Below are positions 32,727 to 41,792 of a DNA stretch of 64,000 nucleotides, one piece after another (within the stretch, counting starts at the first letter, position 1; every line of letters begins with the position of its first letter). The notes under the pieces are model-generated. The model searched no databases. It had not been told where the DNA came from and saw only the letters and a list, made by a program, of their open reading frames with translations. Source of the DNA: Steroidobacteraceae bacterium (GTDB taxonomy: Bacteria > Pseudomonadota > Gammaproteobacteria > Steroidobacterales > Steroidobacteraceae); the NCBI GenBank assembly GCA_036267535.1, contig DATAVX010000105.1, positions 237-64,236 on the forward strand, given 5' to 3'. Both the position numbers and the translations under genes were made by a program.

Positions 32727-33499
32727 TGCAACGGCATGAAGCCGTAGTGCTTATAGGCCAAATCCCCCGCCGCACCGCGAATGTACGCCAAAAACTTGGC
32801 GGCGTCGGCCTGCGCCCCCGTGGTCAGTGCCGCCGGATAGATGATGGGTTTATGGCTCGCGGCCGGGAACACGTCGACCACGCGCACCCGCTTGTCAATG
32901 AGCGCATCGGTGGCATAAACGATGCCGAGCACCGCTTCTCCCCGGTCGACGAAGGCCAGTGCCGAACGCACGCTGTCGGCGCGCACGAGACGCGCGGCAA
33001 CATCGTCCCAGACCCCTAGATTCGCCAAGGCTTCGTGCGCGTAGCGGCCCACCGGCACGGAATCCGGATCCCCCGTCGCCAGCCGCCCCCTTACCACCGC
33101 GGCGGCCAGGGCAAAATGCGGTCCGATCTTCAGGTTGATTTTGCTGTCGACCGGCGCGATCAACACGAGCCTATTTCCCAGGATGTCGTGCCTAGTTGCC
33201 GCCTGGATCAAATTCCGAGCTTGCAGGTAGTCCATCCACTGCAGATCCGCGGAGAAAAACAAATCGGCGCGCGAACCATTTTCGATTTGGCGCGCGAGCG
33301 CCGAGCTTGCGGCAAAGGAAAATCGCACCGCAATGTTGCTGTCCTTGGTGAAGCCGTCGCCCAGATCCTGCAGTGCATTGGTCAGCGATGCGGCGGCAAA
33401 CACGGTGATCCCTTTGGTCGAGTCCGCCGCAAAGGACTGAAGAGCCATGAGACAGGCGCCTAGCGCCAGCGCGACGCGTCGAAATCTCTTGGCGAACAT
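32723..33499 (-). CDS. modA: Molybdate-binding periplasmic protein ModA (no modBC adjacent)
   Basis: ITVFAAASLTNALQDLG...SFAASSALARQIENGSRADLFFSADLQWMDYL...GDPDSVPVGRYAHEAL...LGIVYATDA aligns block-for-block with E. coli ModA as I recall it. A signal peptide is present. Confidence 0.85.
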   Translation of the reverse strand: MFAKRFRRVALALGACLMALQSFAADSTKGITVFAAASLTNALQDLGDGFTKDSNIAVRFSFAASSALARQIENGSRADLFFSADLQWMDYLQARNLIQAATRHDILGNRLVLIAPVDSKINLKIGPHFALAAAVVRGRLATGDPDSVPVGRYAHEALANLGVWDDVAARLVRADSVRSALAFVDRGEAVLGIVYATDALIDKRVRVVDVFPAASHKPIIYPAALTTGAQADAAKFLAYIRGAAGDLAYKHYGFMPLH

Positions 33500-34209
33500 T
33501 AGTTGTGGGCCAGCACCGGTTGTCCGCTGTAGAGTTGCGGAAATGTGCGCCGGAAATTCTGAATCTTGGGAATGTCGTAAATCGCGATGTAGGGCTGGGT
33601 CGGGTTATGAATCAGATAATCCTGGTGATAGTTCTCAGCGGGATAAAACCCCTTGAGCCGATCGACTCGCGTGACGATGGGCCGCGCAAATGCGTGGGAT
33701 TGATCCAATTGGCCGATATAGGCTTGCGCGATGCGCTTCTGAGTGTCGTCGCTGTAGAAAATTTCAGAACGATATTGGCTGCCGACATCGGGACCCTGCC
33801 GGTTGAGCTGCGTCGGATCGTACACCACCGAGAACGCTATCTGCAGCAGTTGCCCATAGGAAATCACGGCAGGATCGAAGGTTATTTGCACCGATTCCGC
33901 GTGGCCGGTGGTGCCTGAACTGACCGTTTCGTAGTCTGCCGTCGCCCGCTCGCCCCCGGCGTACCCTGCGATCACGTTCTTGACCCCGCGTACGTGTTCA
34001 AACACGCCTTGCACGCCCCAAAAGCAGCCGCCCGACAACACCGCCGTCTGCATGGGTCCCGAGGCCCTCGGGTTATCAACCGTGGGCGGCGCAATCACCA
34101 CGGGCGCGTCCGCACCGAAGAGCGGTGTGCGCCACATCACCACCCCGGCGGCGACGGCGGCGACGAACGCTGCAAGCCGCAGCGGCGCAGAAATTTTCGC
34201 AATTGCCAT
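33499..34209 (-). CDS. msrA: Peptide-methionine (S)-S-oxide reductase MsrA, exported or membrane-anchored form
   Basis: The active-site block is GGCFWGVQGVFEHVRGV. The N-terminus has the hydrophobic signal APLRLAAFVAAVAAGVVMW. The stop overlaps the modA start (TAATG). Confidence 0.9.
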   Translation of the reverse strand: MAIAKISAPLRLAAFVAAVAAGVVMWRTPLFGADAPVVIAPPTVDNPRASGPMQTAVLSGGCFWGVQGVFEHVRGVKNVIAGYAGGERATADYETVSSGTTGHAESVQITFDPAVISYGQLLQIAFSVVYDPTQLNRQGPDVGSQYRSEIFYSDDTQKRIAQAYIGQLDQSHAFARPIVTRVDRLKGFYPAENYHQDYLIHNPTQPYIAIYDIPKIQNFRRTFPQLYSGQPVLAHN

Positions 34210-34271
34210 CGTTATCGCTCCTTAAGCGCGGGCCGTAAAGTGCAGCGCGGCATCGCACTCATGGCTCGCCC

Positions 34272-36080
34272 TCAGCCGAATGTAAATGAATACGCTTGGA
34301 CACCGGAATCGAGGAATTCAATCGAGAACACATGTTCACCCACATCGCCGGACTGCCGAATCAATTGAAACAAACGTTGCCGGTCGACGACGCCCGCGCC
34401 GCTCGAGTCGGTATCCGCGCCATGACTTGCGCCCGGTGCGGCGCCGTCCAGCATGACGCGAAAGCGCACCGCTTTCCCGTCACTTGCGGGGCCCAGCACC
34501 AGGTGCAGATCGCGCGCAAAAAAACGAAACTCGATTTTGCCATGAACGGCGCCGAGCACCGCTTTTTCCGGATCTACATTCCATGACCCGATCAGCGCCC
34601 ATTGATTCAATTTCAATGCGGCGGGAGGCGCATACGCATGGGCGTTGTCTTGAACCAAGCCGCCGGGCGAGGCGAAATTATCCGCACGGCGATAACCCAC
34701 GTAGGTTTCGGGCGATTGATCATTCGCTTCGTCGGGCGGCGCCTCGACTCCCACCGCCTTGGTCGCGCTCATGCCGGCCGGCGGCAGGTTGCTTTGCCCC
34801 GCCTCGGTCAGCAATTTTCGTATGGTCTGCTCCGACTCAGCATAATTGCCTTCACCAAAGTGGTGCGCCCGGATTCGCCCGGTCGCATCGATAAAATAAT
34901 GCGCAGGCCAATACTGATTGTTGAACCCCTGCCAGATGGCGTAATCATTGTCGAGCGCCACCGGATAGGTGATCTTCAAATCCGCAACGGCTCGGCGCAC
35001 ATTGGCAGGGTCCTTTTCAAAGGCGAATTCCGGCGCATGCACACCGATCAAAATCAGACCGTGGTCCTTATATTTCTGGTACCACGACTCGGCATAGGGC
35101 AGCGCACGCAGACAATTGATGCAGGAATAGGTCCAGAAATCGACGACCACGACCTTGCCGCGCAAGCCTTCGGGCGTGAGCGGCGCTGAATTCAGCCACA
35201 GCGTGGCGCCGGCAAATGAAGGAATCTCTCCTTCCACCGGCAGATCGCCGACAGGCTTCGCCGCCGGCATCATCATTGCATGGCCGTCCGCCTTGGAATT
35301 GCTCATGGCCATGGTTGAATTGCTCATCGCCATGCTGCCGCCCGGCGCGCCGCTGCGCGGGTTAATTTTGTCCAACAGCGATTGCTCGAGGCTGTTCGTG
35401 CCGTTGAGCGACAAACGCGTGAGCACAGTGGAGTCCCAACCGAAGACAATAGCGATGACGGCGATCAGCACCGCGACGCCGAGCCCGCGTCTTATCCATT
35501 CGCCTGCTCCGAGCGATTTCTTCAAGGCCGCAAATACCCGTCCGCCGGCCAGCAATGCCACCGCCAAGGAGGTTGCTGCGCCTGCCGCGTACGCAAACAG
35601 CAGCACGGTCGTGCGCGCATTCGGTCCGGAGATCGCGGCTCCCGTGAGAATGAGGCCCAAAATCGGGCCGGCGCACGGAGCCCAGAGAAGCCCCGTCGCA
35701 ACGCCCAGCAGCAAAGAGTTCAACACCGTGAACTTACCCGGCGCTCGCGAATCGGTTTGCGTCAGCCGATTACCCAGCGCGACGAACGGACGGGCGAACC
35801 AATCGGCCAAATGCCGCGACAGAAGTGTCGCTGCAAACACGGTCAGCAGCACCAGCGCAAGGATTCGCCCGTATTTGTCGACGCTGACGGCCCAAGAGCC
35901 TCCCACGGCGGCAAGTGTTGCGATTGCCGCAAAGGTTACCGCCATGCCGCCGAGCATGGGAAGACCATTGGTGAGGAATTTTTGCTCGGAACGAACGAAT
36001 ACGAAGGGCAGCACCGGCAGAATGCAAGGACTCACAATGGTCAGCACGCCGCCTAGAAATACCAAAATTATCAGGCTCAT
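34272..36080 (-). CDS. dipZ: DipZ-type thiol:disulfide reductant transporter (CcdA/DsbD-like TMD, thioredoxin-like domain, and DipZ C-terminal domain)
   Basis: The TMD cysteines lie in VSPCILPVLP and LWAPCAGPIL. The periplasmic redoxin has WTYSCINCLR (a CxxC motif). A C-terminal beta-rich domain follows. Confidence 0.85.
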   Translation of the reverse strand: MSLIILVFLGGVLTIVSPCILPVLPFVFVRSEQKFLTNGLPMLGGMAVTFAAIATLAAVGGSWAVSVDKYGRILALVLLTVFAATLLSRHLADWFARPFVALGNRLTQTDSRAPGKFTVLNSLLLGVATGLLWAPCAGPILGLILTGAAISGPNARTTVLLFAYAAGAATSLAVALLAGGRVFAALKKSLGAGEWIRRGLGVAVLIAVIAIVFGWDSTVLTRLSLNGTNSLEQSLLDKINPRSGAPGGSMAMSNSTMAMSNSKADGHAMMMPAAKPVGDLPVEGEIPSFAGATLWLNSAPLTPEGLRGKVVVVDFWTYSCINCLRALPYAESWYQKYKDHGLILIGVHAPEFAFEKDPANVRRAVADLKITYPVALDNDYAIWQGFNNQYWPAHYFIDATGRIRAHHFGEGNYAESEQTIRKLLTEAGQSNLPPAGMSATKAVGVEAPPDEANDQSPETYVGYRRADNFASPGGLVQDNAHAYAPPAALKLNQWALIGSWNVDPEKAVLGAVHGKIEFRFFARDLHLVLGPASDGKAVRFRVMLDGAAPGASHGADTDSSGAGVVDRQRLFQLIRQSGDVGEHVFSIEFLDSGVQAYSFTFG

Positions 36081-36142
36081 CGGCGAATATTACTCCTGTC
36101 AGATTAGACCGGCGATCAGCCCATTACATTGCAACCCGGCGC

Positions 36143-37600
36143 TTACGTTCCACAAAAGGTCCGCAGCACGCGCTCGCCGGGCTGTGGCGCGGCGGCGTAG
36201 CCCGCGAACGCGGCTTGCTCGTGATAGGGTTTTGACAGCGCCATAGAGAGCTGCTCGAAGGGCGCGAAATCGCCCTGCCCCACGGCCGCGCTGATGATTT
36301 GCTCGATGCGGTGATTGCGCGGAATGTAGGCTGGATTGGCCCGCCGCATCGAATCGGCGCGCGATGCTGTCGTGGGCTCACGGGCCAGCCGGGCGCCCCA
36401 GCGCTCCGCCCAGACATGATAGTCGCGCGGCTCCGCAAAGCATTCGCGTATCCGTGCCGCGCTTGGATCGTCCGCGGCGTCGCAGAGAGCGCGAAAAGTC
36501 ATGGTGAAGTCCGCATGATTGCGGTGCATCGCTCCGAGCAGGTCCTCGCCGAGCTGCCGATCCTCCGATTCCGCCCTCGATAAGCCAAGCTTGCGGCGCA
36601 TTCCCGCGAGCCAATCTGCCGCGAAAAGTTCCGCAAATGCGGAAACGATTTCAGTGGCCGCAGTTATAGCCCGCTGCGGCTCGGCATCGATGAGCGGCAG
36701 CAGCGTTTCTGCGAATCGCGCCAAATTCCAGGCCGCTGCATGCGGCTGATTGGCATAGGCGTAACGGCCGCGCTCGTCGATGGAACTAAACACTGCCGCA
36801 GGATCGAAGCCGTCCATGAAAGCACACGGGCCGAAATCGATGGTCTCGCCCGACACCGCCATGTTGTCGGTGTTCATCACACCGTGAATGAATCCCACAT
36901 TCATCCACTGCGCGATGAGCGCTGCCTGGCGGGCGACGACCTGAGTCAGCAGGGCGAGATATGGCGCCTCATTCTGCGCGGCCGACGGGTAATGCCGGTC
37001 GATGACATAGTCGGCCAGCAGCTTGACGCCGCCGACATCGCCGCGGGCGGCGAAATATTCAAAAGTTCCCACGCGTACGTGGCTCGCGGCGACTCTTGTC
37101 AATATGGCTCCGGGCAGCGCCACCTCGCGCTGCACGCTCTCGCCGGTCGCAACCGCCGCGAGAGAACGGGTCGTGGGAATCCCCAAGGCATGCATGGCTT
37201 CGCTCACCAGATATTCCCGCAGCACGGGCCCCAATGCCGCGCGTCCGTCGCCGCTGCGCGAATACGGGGTGCGTCCGCAGCCCTTTAATTGGACATCTCG
37301 CGAAACGCCCGCCTGGTCGCGCATCTCACCGATCAAAATCGCCCGCCCATCGCCAAGCTGCGGCACAAAATGTCCAAACTGATGCCCCGCATATGCCATG
37401 GCGATCGGCACAGCGTCCGGCGGCAAAATGTTGCCGGAAAATACGCCGGCCGCCGCGCGGGTATCGAGCTCCGCGGCTTTGAAATCCAAATCCGCCGCGA
37501 GCGCGTGATTGATCTTGATGAGGATGGGCGCCGCTACACGCGTCGGTGCCACGCGCGCAAAAAACCGTTCCGGCAGACCCGCATAGCTGCTGGAATTCAC
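36143..37600 (-). CDS. selO: Protein adenylyltransferase SelO (YdiU/UPF0061)
   Basis: AYAGHQFGHFVPQLGDGRAILIGE, GCGRTPYSR, DGRAALGPVLREYLVSEAMHALGIPTTR and GFIHGVMNTDNM are hallmark SelO blocks. The GTG start overlaps the eamA-like stop (GTGA). Confidence 0.9.
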   Translation of the reverse strand: MNSSSYAGLPERFFARVAPTRVAAPILIKINHALAADLDFKAAELDTRAAAGVFSGNILPPDAVPIAMAYAGHQFGHFVPQLGDGRAILIGEMRDQAGVSRDVQLKGCGRTPYSRSGDGRAALGPVLREYLVSEAMHALGIPTTRSLAAVATGESVQREVALPGAILTRVAASHVRVGTFEYFAARGDVGGVKLLADYVIDRHYPSAAQNEAPYLALLTQVVARQAALIAQWMNVGFIHGVMNTDNMAVSGETIDFGPCAFMDGFDPAAVFSSIDERGRYAYANQPHAAAWNLARFAETLLPLIDAEPQRAITAATEIVSAFAELFAADWLAGMRRKLGLSRAESEDRQLGEDLLGAMHRNHADFTMTFRALCDAADDPSAARIRECFAEPRDYHVWAERWGARLAREPTTASRADSMRRANPAYIPRNHRIEQIISAAVGQGDFAPFEQLSMALSKPYHEQAAFAGYAAAPQPGERVLRTFCGT

Positions 37601-38496
37601 ACGCTGACCGTCGTCCCTGCAGAGGAACTGGACCTGGCGGCCGATCCGCGAGCGGCGAGCCAGGAGCCGAGCAGAATGAGTGCGAATGCGATGAAACCGC
37701 CGATGCCAAGATGCTCATCGAGCACCCACACGCCGAGCAGCGCCGCCACCACCGGATTGATGTAGGTGATCACCGATGCGCGCGAGGCGCCGGCATGGCG
37801 TACCAGATAGAACATCAGCAGCATCGCCACGGCCGTACACACGGTGCCCAATACCGCGATCGACAGGAGCGCCACAGACGATGGCCAGCGCGAAGGGAAG
37901 TCCATGGCGGCAGGAATCAGCAGGATGAGGGCGGCGACCGACAAACTTGCGGCAAGCGGCCCGATGGAGTCCAGCCCATGCATGTGGCGCTGAATGATCA
38001 GCGGTCCGATCGCGTAGCACAGCGTCGCCAGCAGCATGCAGCCGACTCCCGCCCAACCGAGCGATCCTGAGATCGAGCCCGTTCCGAGCAACGCCGCCAC
38101 GCCGATGAAGCCGGCCACCAAGCCGAAGATGAGCCAGATGCCGAGCGCCTCGCGAATGCCGAAGAAGCGCTGAATGAGTGCGATCGAGAGCGGCACCATG
38201 GCGATCAAAATGCCGGTTACGGAAGAGCTGATCCAGCGCTCGCCGAACGAGATCAGCGAGAACGGGATCGCAAACTCGACCAGTCCAAAAGCAACGATTG
38301 CCAGCTTGTGATTGCCCAGCGAACCTAACGCGCCTCGCCGCCATGCAATGGGTATCAGTATCACCGCGGCCAGCACGACGCGGCTGAACGCCAAGATCAA
38401 CGGTGATACCTCCTGAACTGCCAGCTTGATGAAAAAGTAGGGCAGTCCCCAGATTATGCCCAGGGCCGCAAAGGCCATCCATCCTCGCCAAGTCAC
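37597..38496 (-). CDS. EamA/DMT-family transporter (10 TM helices)
   Basis: Two EamA repeats are present, and the N-terminus AALGIIWGLPYFFIKLAV is typical. Confidence 0.8.
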   Translation of the reverse strand: MTWRGWMAFAALGIIWGLPYFFIKLAVQEVSPLILAFSRVVLAAVILIPIAWRRGALGSLGNHKLAIVAFGLVEFAIPFSLISFGERWISSSVTGILIAMVPLSIALIQRFFGIREALGIWLIFGLVAGFIGVAALLGTGSISGSLGWAGVGCMLLATLCYAIGPLIIQRHMHGLDSIGPLAASLSVAALILLIPAAMDFPSRWPSSVALLSIAVLGTVCTAVAMLLMFYLVRHAGASRASVITYINPVVAALLGVWVLDEHLGIGGFIAFALILLGSWLAARGSAARSSSSAGTTVSV

Positions 38497-38639
38497 ACTT
38501 TTCTCCGTCAGGCGCGCTGAAAACGGGCTGACATGCTAGCAGGGATCGCGGCGTGAGGATCGGCCTACAGGAATATCGGCGATCACCGCCCGAATCTGCG
38601 CCTCTCATTGTGCAGACGTTGATCCCTTAACCTAGGACA

Positions 38640-39551
38640 ATGTCCACGAGGATCGAGATCATGGCTTTCTTTCACGACGACGAATTGACCATACACTACC
38701 TCGAGCGCGGGCGCGGCGAGCCTCTATTGCTCATTCACGGACTTGGATGCAGCGGCGCCGATTGGGCCTTCCAGGTTGCGGCTCTGGAGCATCGCTTTCG
38801 AATCATCGTCCCCGATCTTCCCGGCAGCGGCCATAGCTTGCCTCCGCGCAACGAATACACCATCGCGGGATTTGCAGCCGCTCTATGGAAACTCATGGAT
38901 CATCTGCAAATCGTCCGTCCGAACATCGTCGGATTCTCTTTGGGCGGCGCGGTGGCATTGGAAATGGCGACGCTGCGCCCGGCGTGCGTGCCGCGGCTCG
39001 GGCTCATCAACAGCCTGGCAACGTATCTACCTCGCGATTTGCGCAAATGGCTCGAGACCTACGTGGCGGCAACCCTTGTGCGGCTCTTGGGCATGCCGCG
39101 CGCCGCTTGCTTGATGGCCGCGAGATTGTTTCCGGAACCGTGGCAGCGCGCAATGCGCGAGCACGCCGCGCGCGCCTTGGGATCGGTGCCGGCAAATTCC
39201 TATCTCGGAACCGGCTTCGCGCTGGCGCGCTGGGCGATACTGGACCGGCTGGACCGATTGAAAAGCAGAGTTCTTCTCATCGCCGCCGAGAATGACTTCA
39301 CGCCGCTGGCGGAGAAGCGCGAACTTGCAAGAAGGCTTAGGGCGGAGCTGGTGGTGGTGCGCGGCTCGCGTCACGGCACACCTTTCGATTCCGTCGAAGT
39401 CACCAACGCCAGCCTGCTGGCGCTGCTCACCGACCAGCCGCTGCCGCCCGCCACGCGCTGGGTACGCGATACGCCCACGCGCGCGCAGGCATTGTCGCTG
39501 ACCGGCAGCATTGCCGAGGAACATGCCGTAAGTCCGCTGCTCCTGGACTAA
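38640..39551 (+). CDS. Alpha/beta-fold hydrolase
   Basis: The oxyanion region is HGLGCSGADW, the nucleophile elbow is GFSLGG, and a C-terminal His region reads GSRHGTPFD. Confidence 0.8.
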   Translation: MSTRIEIMAFFHDDELTIHYLERGRGEPLLLIHGLGCSGADWAFQVAALEHRFRIIVPDLPGSGHSLPPRNEYTIAGFAAALWKLMDHLQIVRPNIVGFSLGGAVALEMATLRPACVPRLGLINSLATYLPRDLRKWLETYVAATLVRLLGMPRAACLMAARLFPEPWQRAMREHAARALGSVPANSYLGTGFALARWAILDRLDRLKSRVLLIAAENDFTPLAEKRELARRLRAELVVVRGSRHGTPFDSVEVTNASLLALLTDQPLPPATRWVRDTPTRAQALSLTGSIAEEHAVSPLLLD

Positions 39552-39552
39552 G

Positions 39553-40524
39553 TCACTGCCAGGGCAATCGATCCAAGTCCAGATTGCCGCCGCTCAAGAT
39601 GATTCCGACCCTGGCCCCCGATGCGCTGATCTTACCGTCGACGATGGCGGCATAGCTCACCGCGCCGGAGGCCTCGACGATGAGCTTCATCACCTCCCAA
39701 ATCCGGCGCATCGCCTGCACGATCGACTCCTCGCGCACGGTGACGATGTCCTCGACCAGGCGCAGAATCTCCGCGAATGGCCGCTCTCCCAATGAAGTCT
39801 TGAGGCCATCGGCAATCGTCCGCGGTTCCAGCATGGGGATGATGCGGCCTGCTCTGAGCGAGCGCGCGGCATCGTCCGCTCCGGCAGGCTCGACACCCAG
39901 TACGCGAATACCGGGCCTCAGATCCTTTGCCGCCACCGCGATGCCGCTGAGTTGCCCGCCGCCGCCGACAGGACAAAGAATCACATCCAGATCCGGCACA
40001 TCCTCGAGCAGCTCGATGGCCGTCGTGCCTTGTCCGGCCATCACGCGCAAATCGTTATAAGGGTGGATAAAGGCCGCTCCGGTGCGCTCCATCACTTGGC
40101 GGGCGGTCGACTCGCGCGCTGCCAGCGTCGGCTCGCAAAGAACTATCTCGCCGCCATAGCGCCGCACGGCAGCTTGTTTTGCTTGGGGCGAGTTGCTGGG
40201 CATGACGATGAAGGCCGGGATGCCGCGCAATCGCGCCGCGCGGGCCAACGCAGCGGCGTGATTGCCCGAGGAATGCGTGACGACCCCTTTTGCCGCCTCA
40301 GCGTCCGACAAGAGAAATACTGCATTGGTGGCGCCGCGCGCCTTGAAAGCGCCCACTTTCTGCAGATTCTCGCATTTGAAATACAGCCGATTCCCCGCCA
40401 TCTCGTCCAGTACCCCGCTGGTCATCACGGGTGTGCGATGAATCTTGTCGCGGATGCGCACATGCGCCTCGCGAATCGCACGCATGGTCAACGCGGGTTC
40501 GTGCTCCGGGCTACGTGTATTCAT
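39553..40524 (-). CDS. PLP-dependent threonine/serine dehydratase family enzyme (serine-racemase / 3-hydroxyaspartate-dehydratase-like)
   Basis: The PLP lysine block is KCENLQKVGAFKARGA. Other blocks are HSSGNHAAALA and the glycine loop CPVGGGGQLSG. The start may instead be the internal ATG 40485. Confidence 0.85.
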   Translation of the reverse strand: MNTRSPEHEPALTMRAIREAHVRIRDKIHRTPVMTSGVLDEMAGNRLYFKCENLQKVGAFKARGATNAVFLLSDAEAAKGVVTHSSGNHAAALARAARLRGIPAFIVMPSNSPQAKQAAVRRYGGEIVLCEPTLAARESTARQVMERTGAAFIHPYNDLRVMAGQGTTAIELLEDVPDLDVILCPVGGGGQLSGIAVAAKDLRPGIRVLGVEPAGADDAARSLRAGRIIPMLEPRTIADGLKTSLGERPFAEILRLVEDIVTVREESIVQAMRRIWEVMKLIVEASGAVSYAAIVDGKISASGARVGIILSGGNLDLDRLPWQ

Positions 40525-40548
40525 AAACTCTGTGCTAAAAGTACCGCC

Positions 40549-41772
40549 ATGAAATCCCGCCTAACATGGTTTGTCATCATCGCCATGATCGCCGGGCCCC
40601 TATTCGGATTGCTGCTGCATCAAATTCTCGGCTCCGGCCCCGCAGCCGACAACGCCACGGCTGCCTTCTCACTCGTCACCACCAGCTTCTTGCGGCTCAT
40701 CAAGATGATCATAGCGCCATTGGTGTTCTCCACGCTCGTCGTGGGAGTCGCCCGCATGGAGGGCGCCGCCTCGATCGCCAGAATCGGCGCGAAGGCGCTC
40801 GGCTGGTTTGTGGTCGCGACGCTGGTTTCGATGACCATCGGTCTTGCGGCGGTTCAGCTATTCAAACCGGGCCTTGGCCTTTCCGCCGCCGCGGCGGCAG
40901 GCGGCAGCGCGGCGCCCTCGTCGTTGCAATTCAAGGATTTTCTCGAGCACATCATTCCCACCTCGGTCATCCAGGCGATGGCCAACAATGAGATCTTGCA
41001 GATCGTGGTGTTCTCCGTGTTTTTTGGCGCCGCAGCGTCGAGCCTCGGTTCCAAGGTCAAGACGCTCATCGACATCATAGAGGAGATTGCCGCCGTCATT
41101 TTGAGGGTGACCCGGTACGTCATGGCATTGGCGCCCCTGGCAATCTTTGCCGCGCTCGCCGCCACGGTCTTGAGCCAAGGGCTGAATGTCTTGCTGGTGT
41201 ACGCGAAATACATCGGCAGCTTCTATCTGGCCTTGGTGCTTCTATGGGTGTTCTTCACCGTGGTTCTTTATGCAGGCATAGGCCGGCGAGCTCTGCGGCT
41301 GCTTACGGCAATCCGCTCGCCGCTGCTGCTGGCGTTCTCCACTTCCAGTTCCGAGGCCGCGTACCCGCAGACCTTGGAACGTCTGGAGTCGTTCGGAGTA
41401 AGCACCCGCATCGCTTCGTTCGTGCTGCCCCTGGGGTATTCCTTCAATCTCTGCGGCTCAGCCATGTACTGCGCGTTTGGAGTACTTTTCATCGCGCAGA
41501 TCTATCGCATCGACCTCAGCGTGCATCAACAAATCATCATGTTGCTGATTCTCATGGTCACGAGCAAGGGAATCGCCGGCGTACCCCGCGCCGGATTGAT
41601 GGTGATCGCGGCCTCGTTGACCTATTTTGGGCTGCCTGAGCAAGGATTGGTGTTCGTGATTGCTGTGGATCACGTCCTCGACATGGGACGGACCGCCACC
41701 AACGTGCTCGGTAACGCGGTCGCTTCCGCCTTGGTCGCCAAATGGGAGGGCGCGCTCGGGGAGAGCGCATGA
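40549..41772 (+). CDS. Dicarboxylate/amino acid:cation symporter (DAACS; DctA/GltP family)
   Basis: FLRLIKMIIAPLVFSTLVVGVARME and the later SSEAAYP / VDHVLDMGRTATNVLGN blocks are typical of the family. The start is taken at ATG 40549. The upstream 200 codons of the 606-aa ORF are antisense to the dehydratase gene. Confidence 0.85.
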   Translation: MKSRLTWFVIIAMIAGPLFGLLLHQILGSGPAADNATAAFSLVTTSFLRLIKMIIAPLVFSTLVVGVARMEGAASIARIGAKALGWFVVATLVSMTIGLAAVQLFKPGLGLSAAAAAGGSAAPSSLQFKDFLEHIIPTSVIQAMANNEILQIVVFSVFFGAAASSLGSKVKTLIDIIEEIAAVILRVTRYVMALAPLAIFAALAATVLSQGLNVLLVYAKYIGSFYLALVLLWVFFTVVLYAGIGRRALRLLTAIRSPLLLAFSTSSSEAAYPQTLERLESFGVSTRIASFVLPLGYSFNLCGSAMYCAFGVLFIAQIYRIDLSVHQQIIMLLILMVTSKGIAGVPRAGLMVIAASLTYFGLPEQGLVFVIAVDHVLDMGRTATNVLGNAVASALVAKWEGALGESA

Positions 41773-41792
41773 ACCCGGTGTGCGGCTGCGCT

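Noticed and set aside
39952-40548. Upstream 200 codons of the 606-aa ORF that contains the DAACS symporter.
   Set aside because: This part is antisense to the dehydratase gene and has junk-like composition. The symporter homology, including a typical N-terminal TM helix, begins at ATG 40549.
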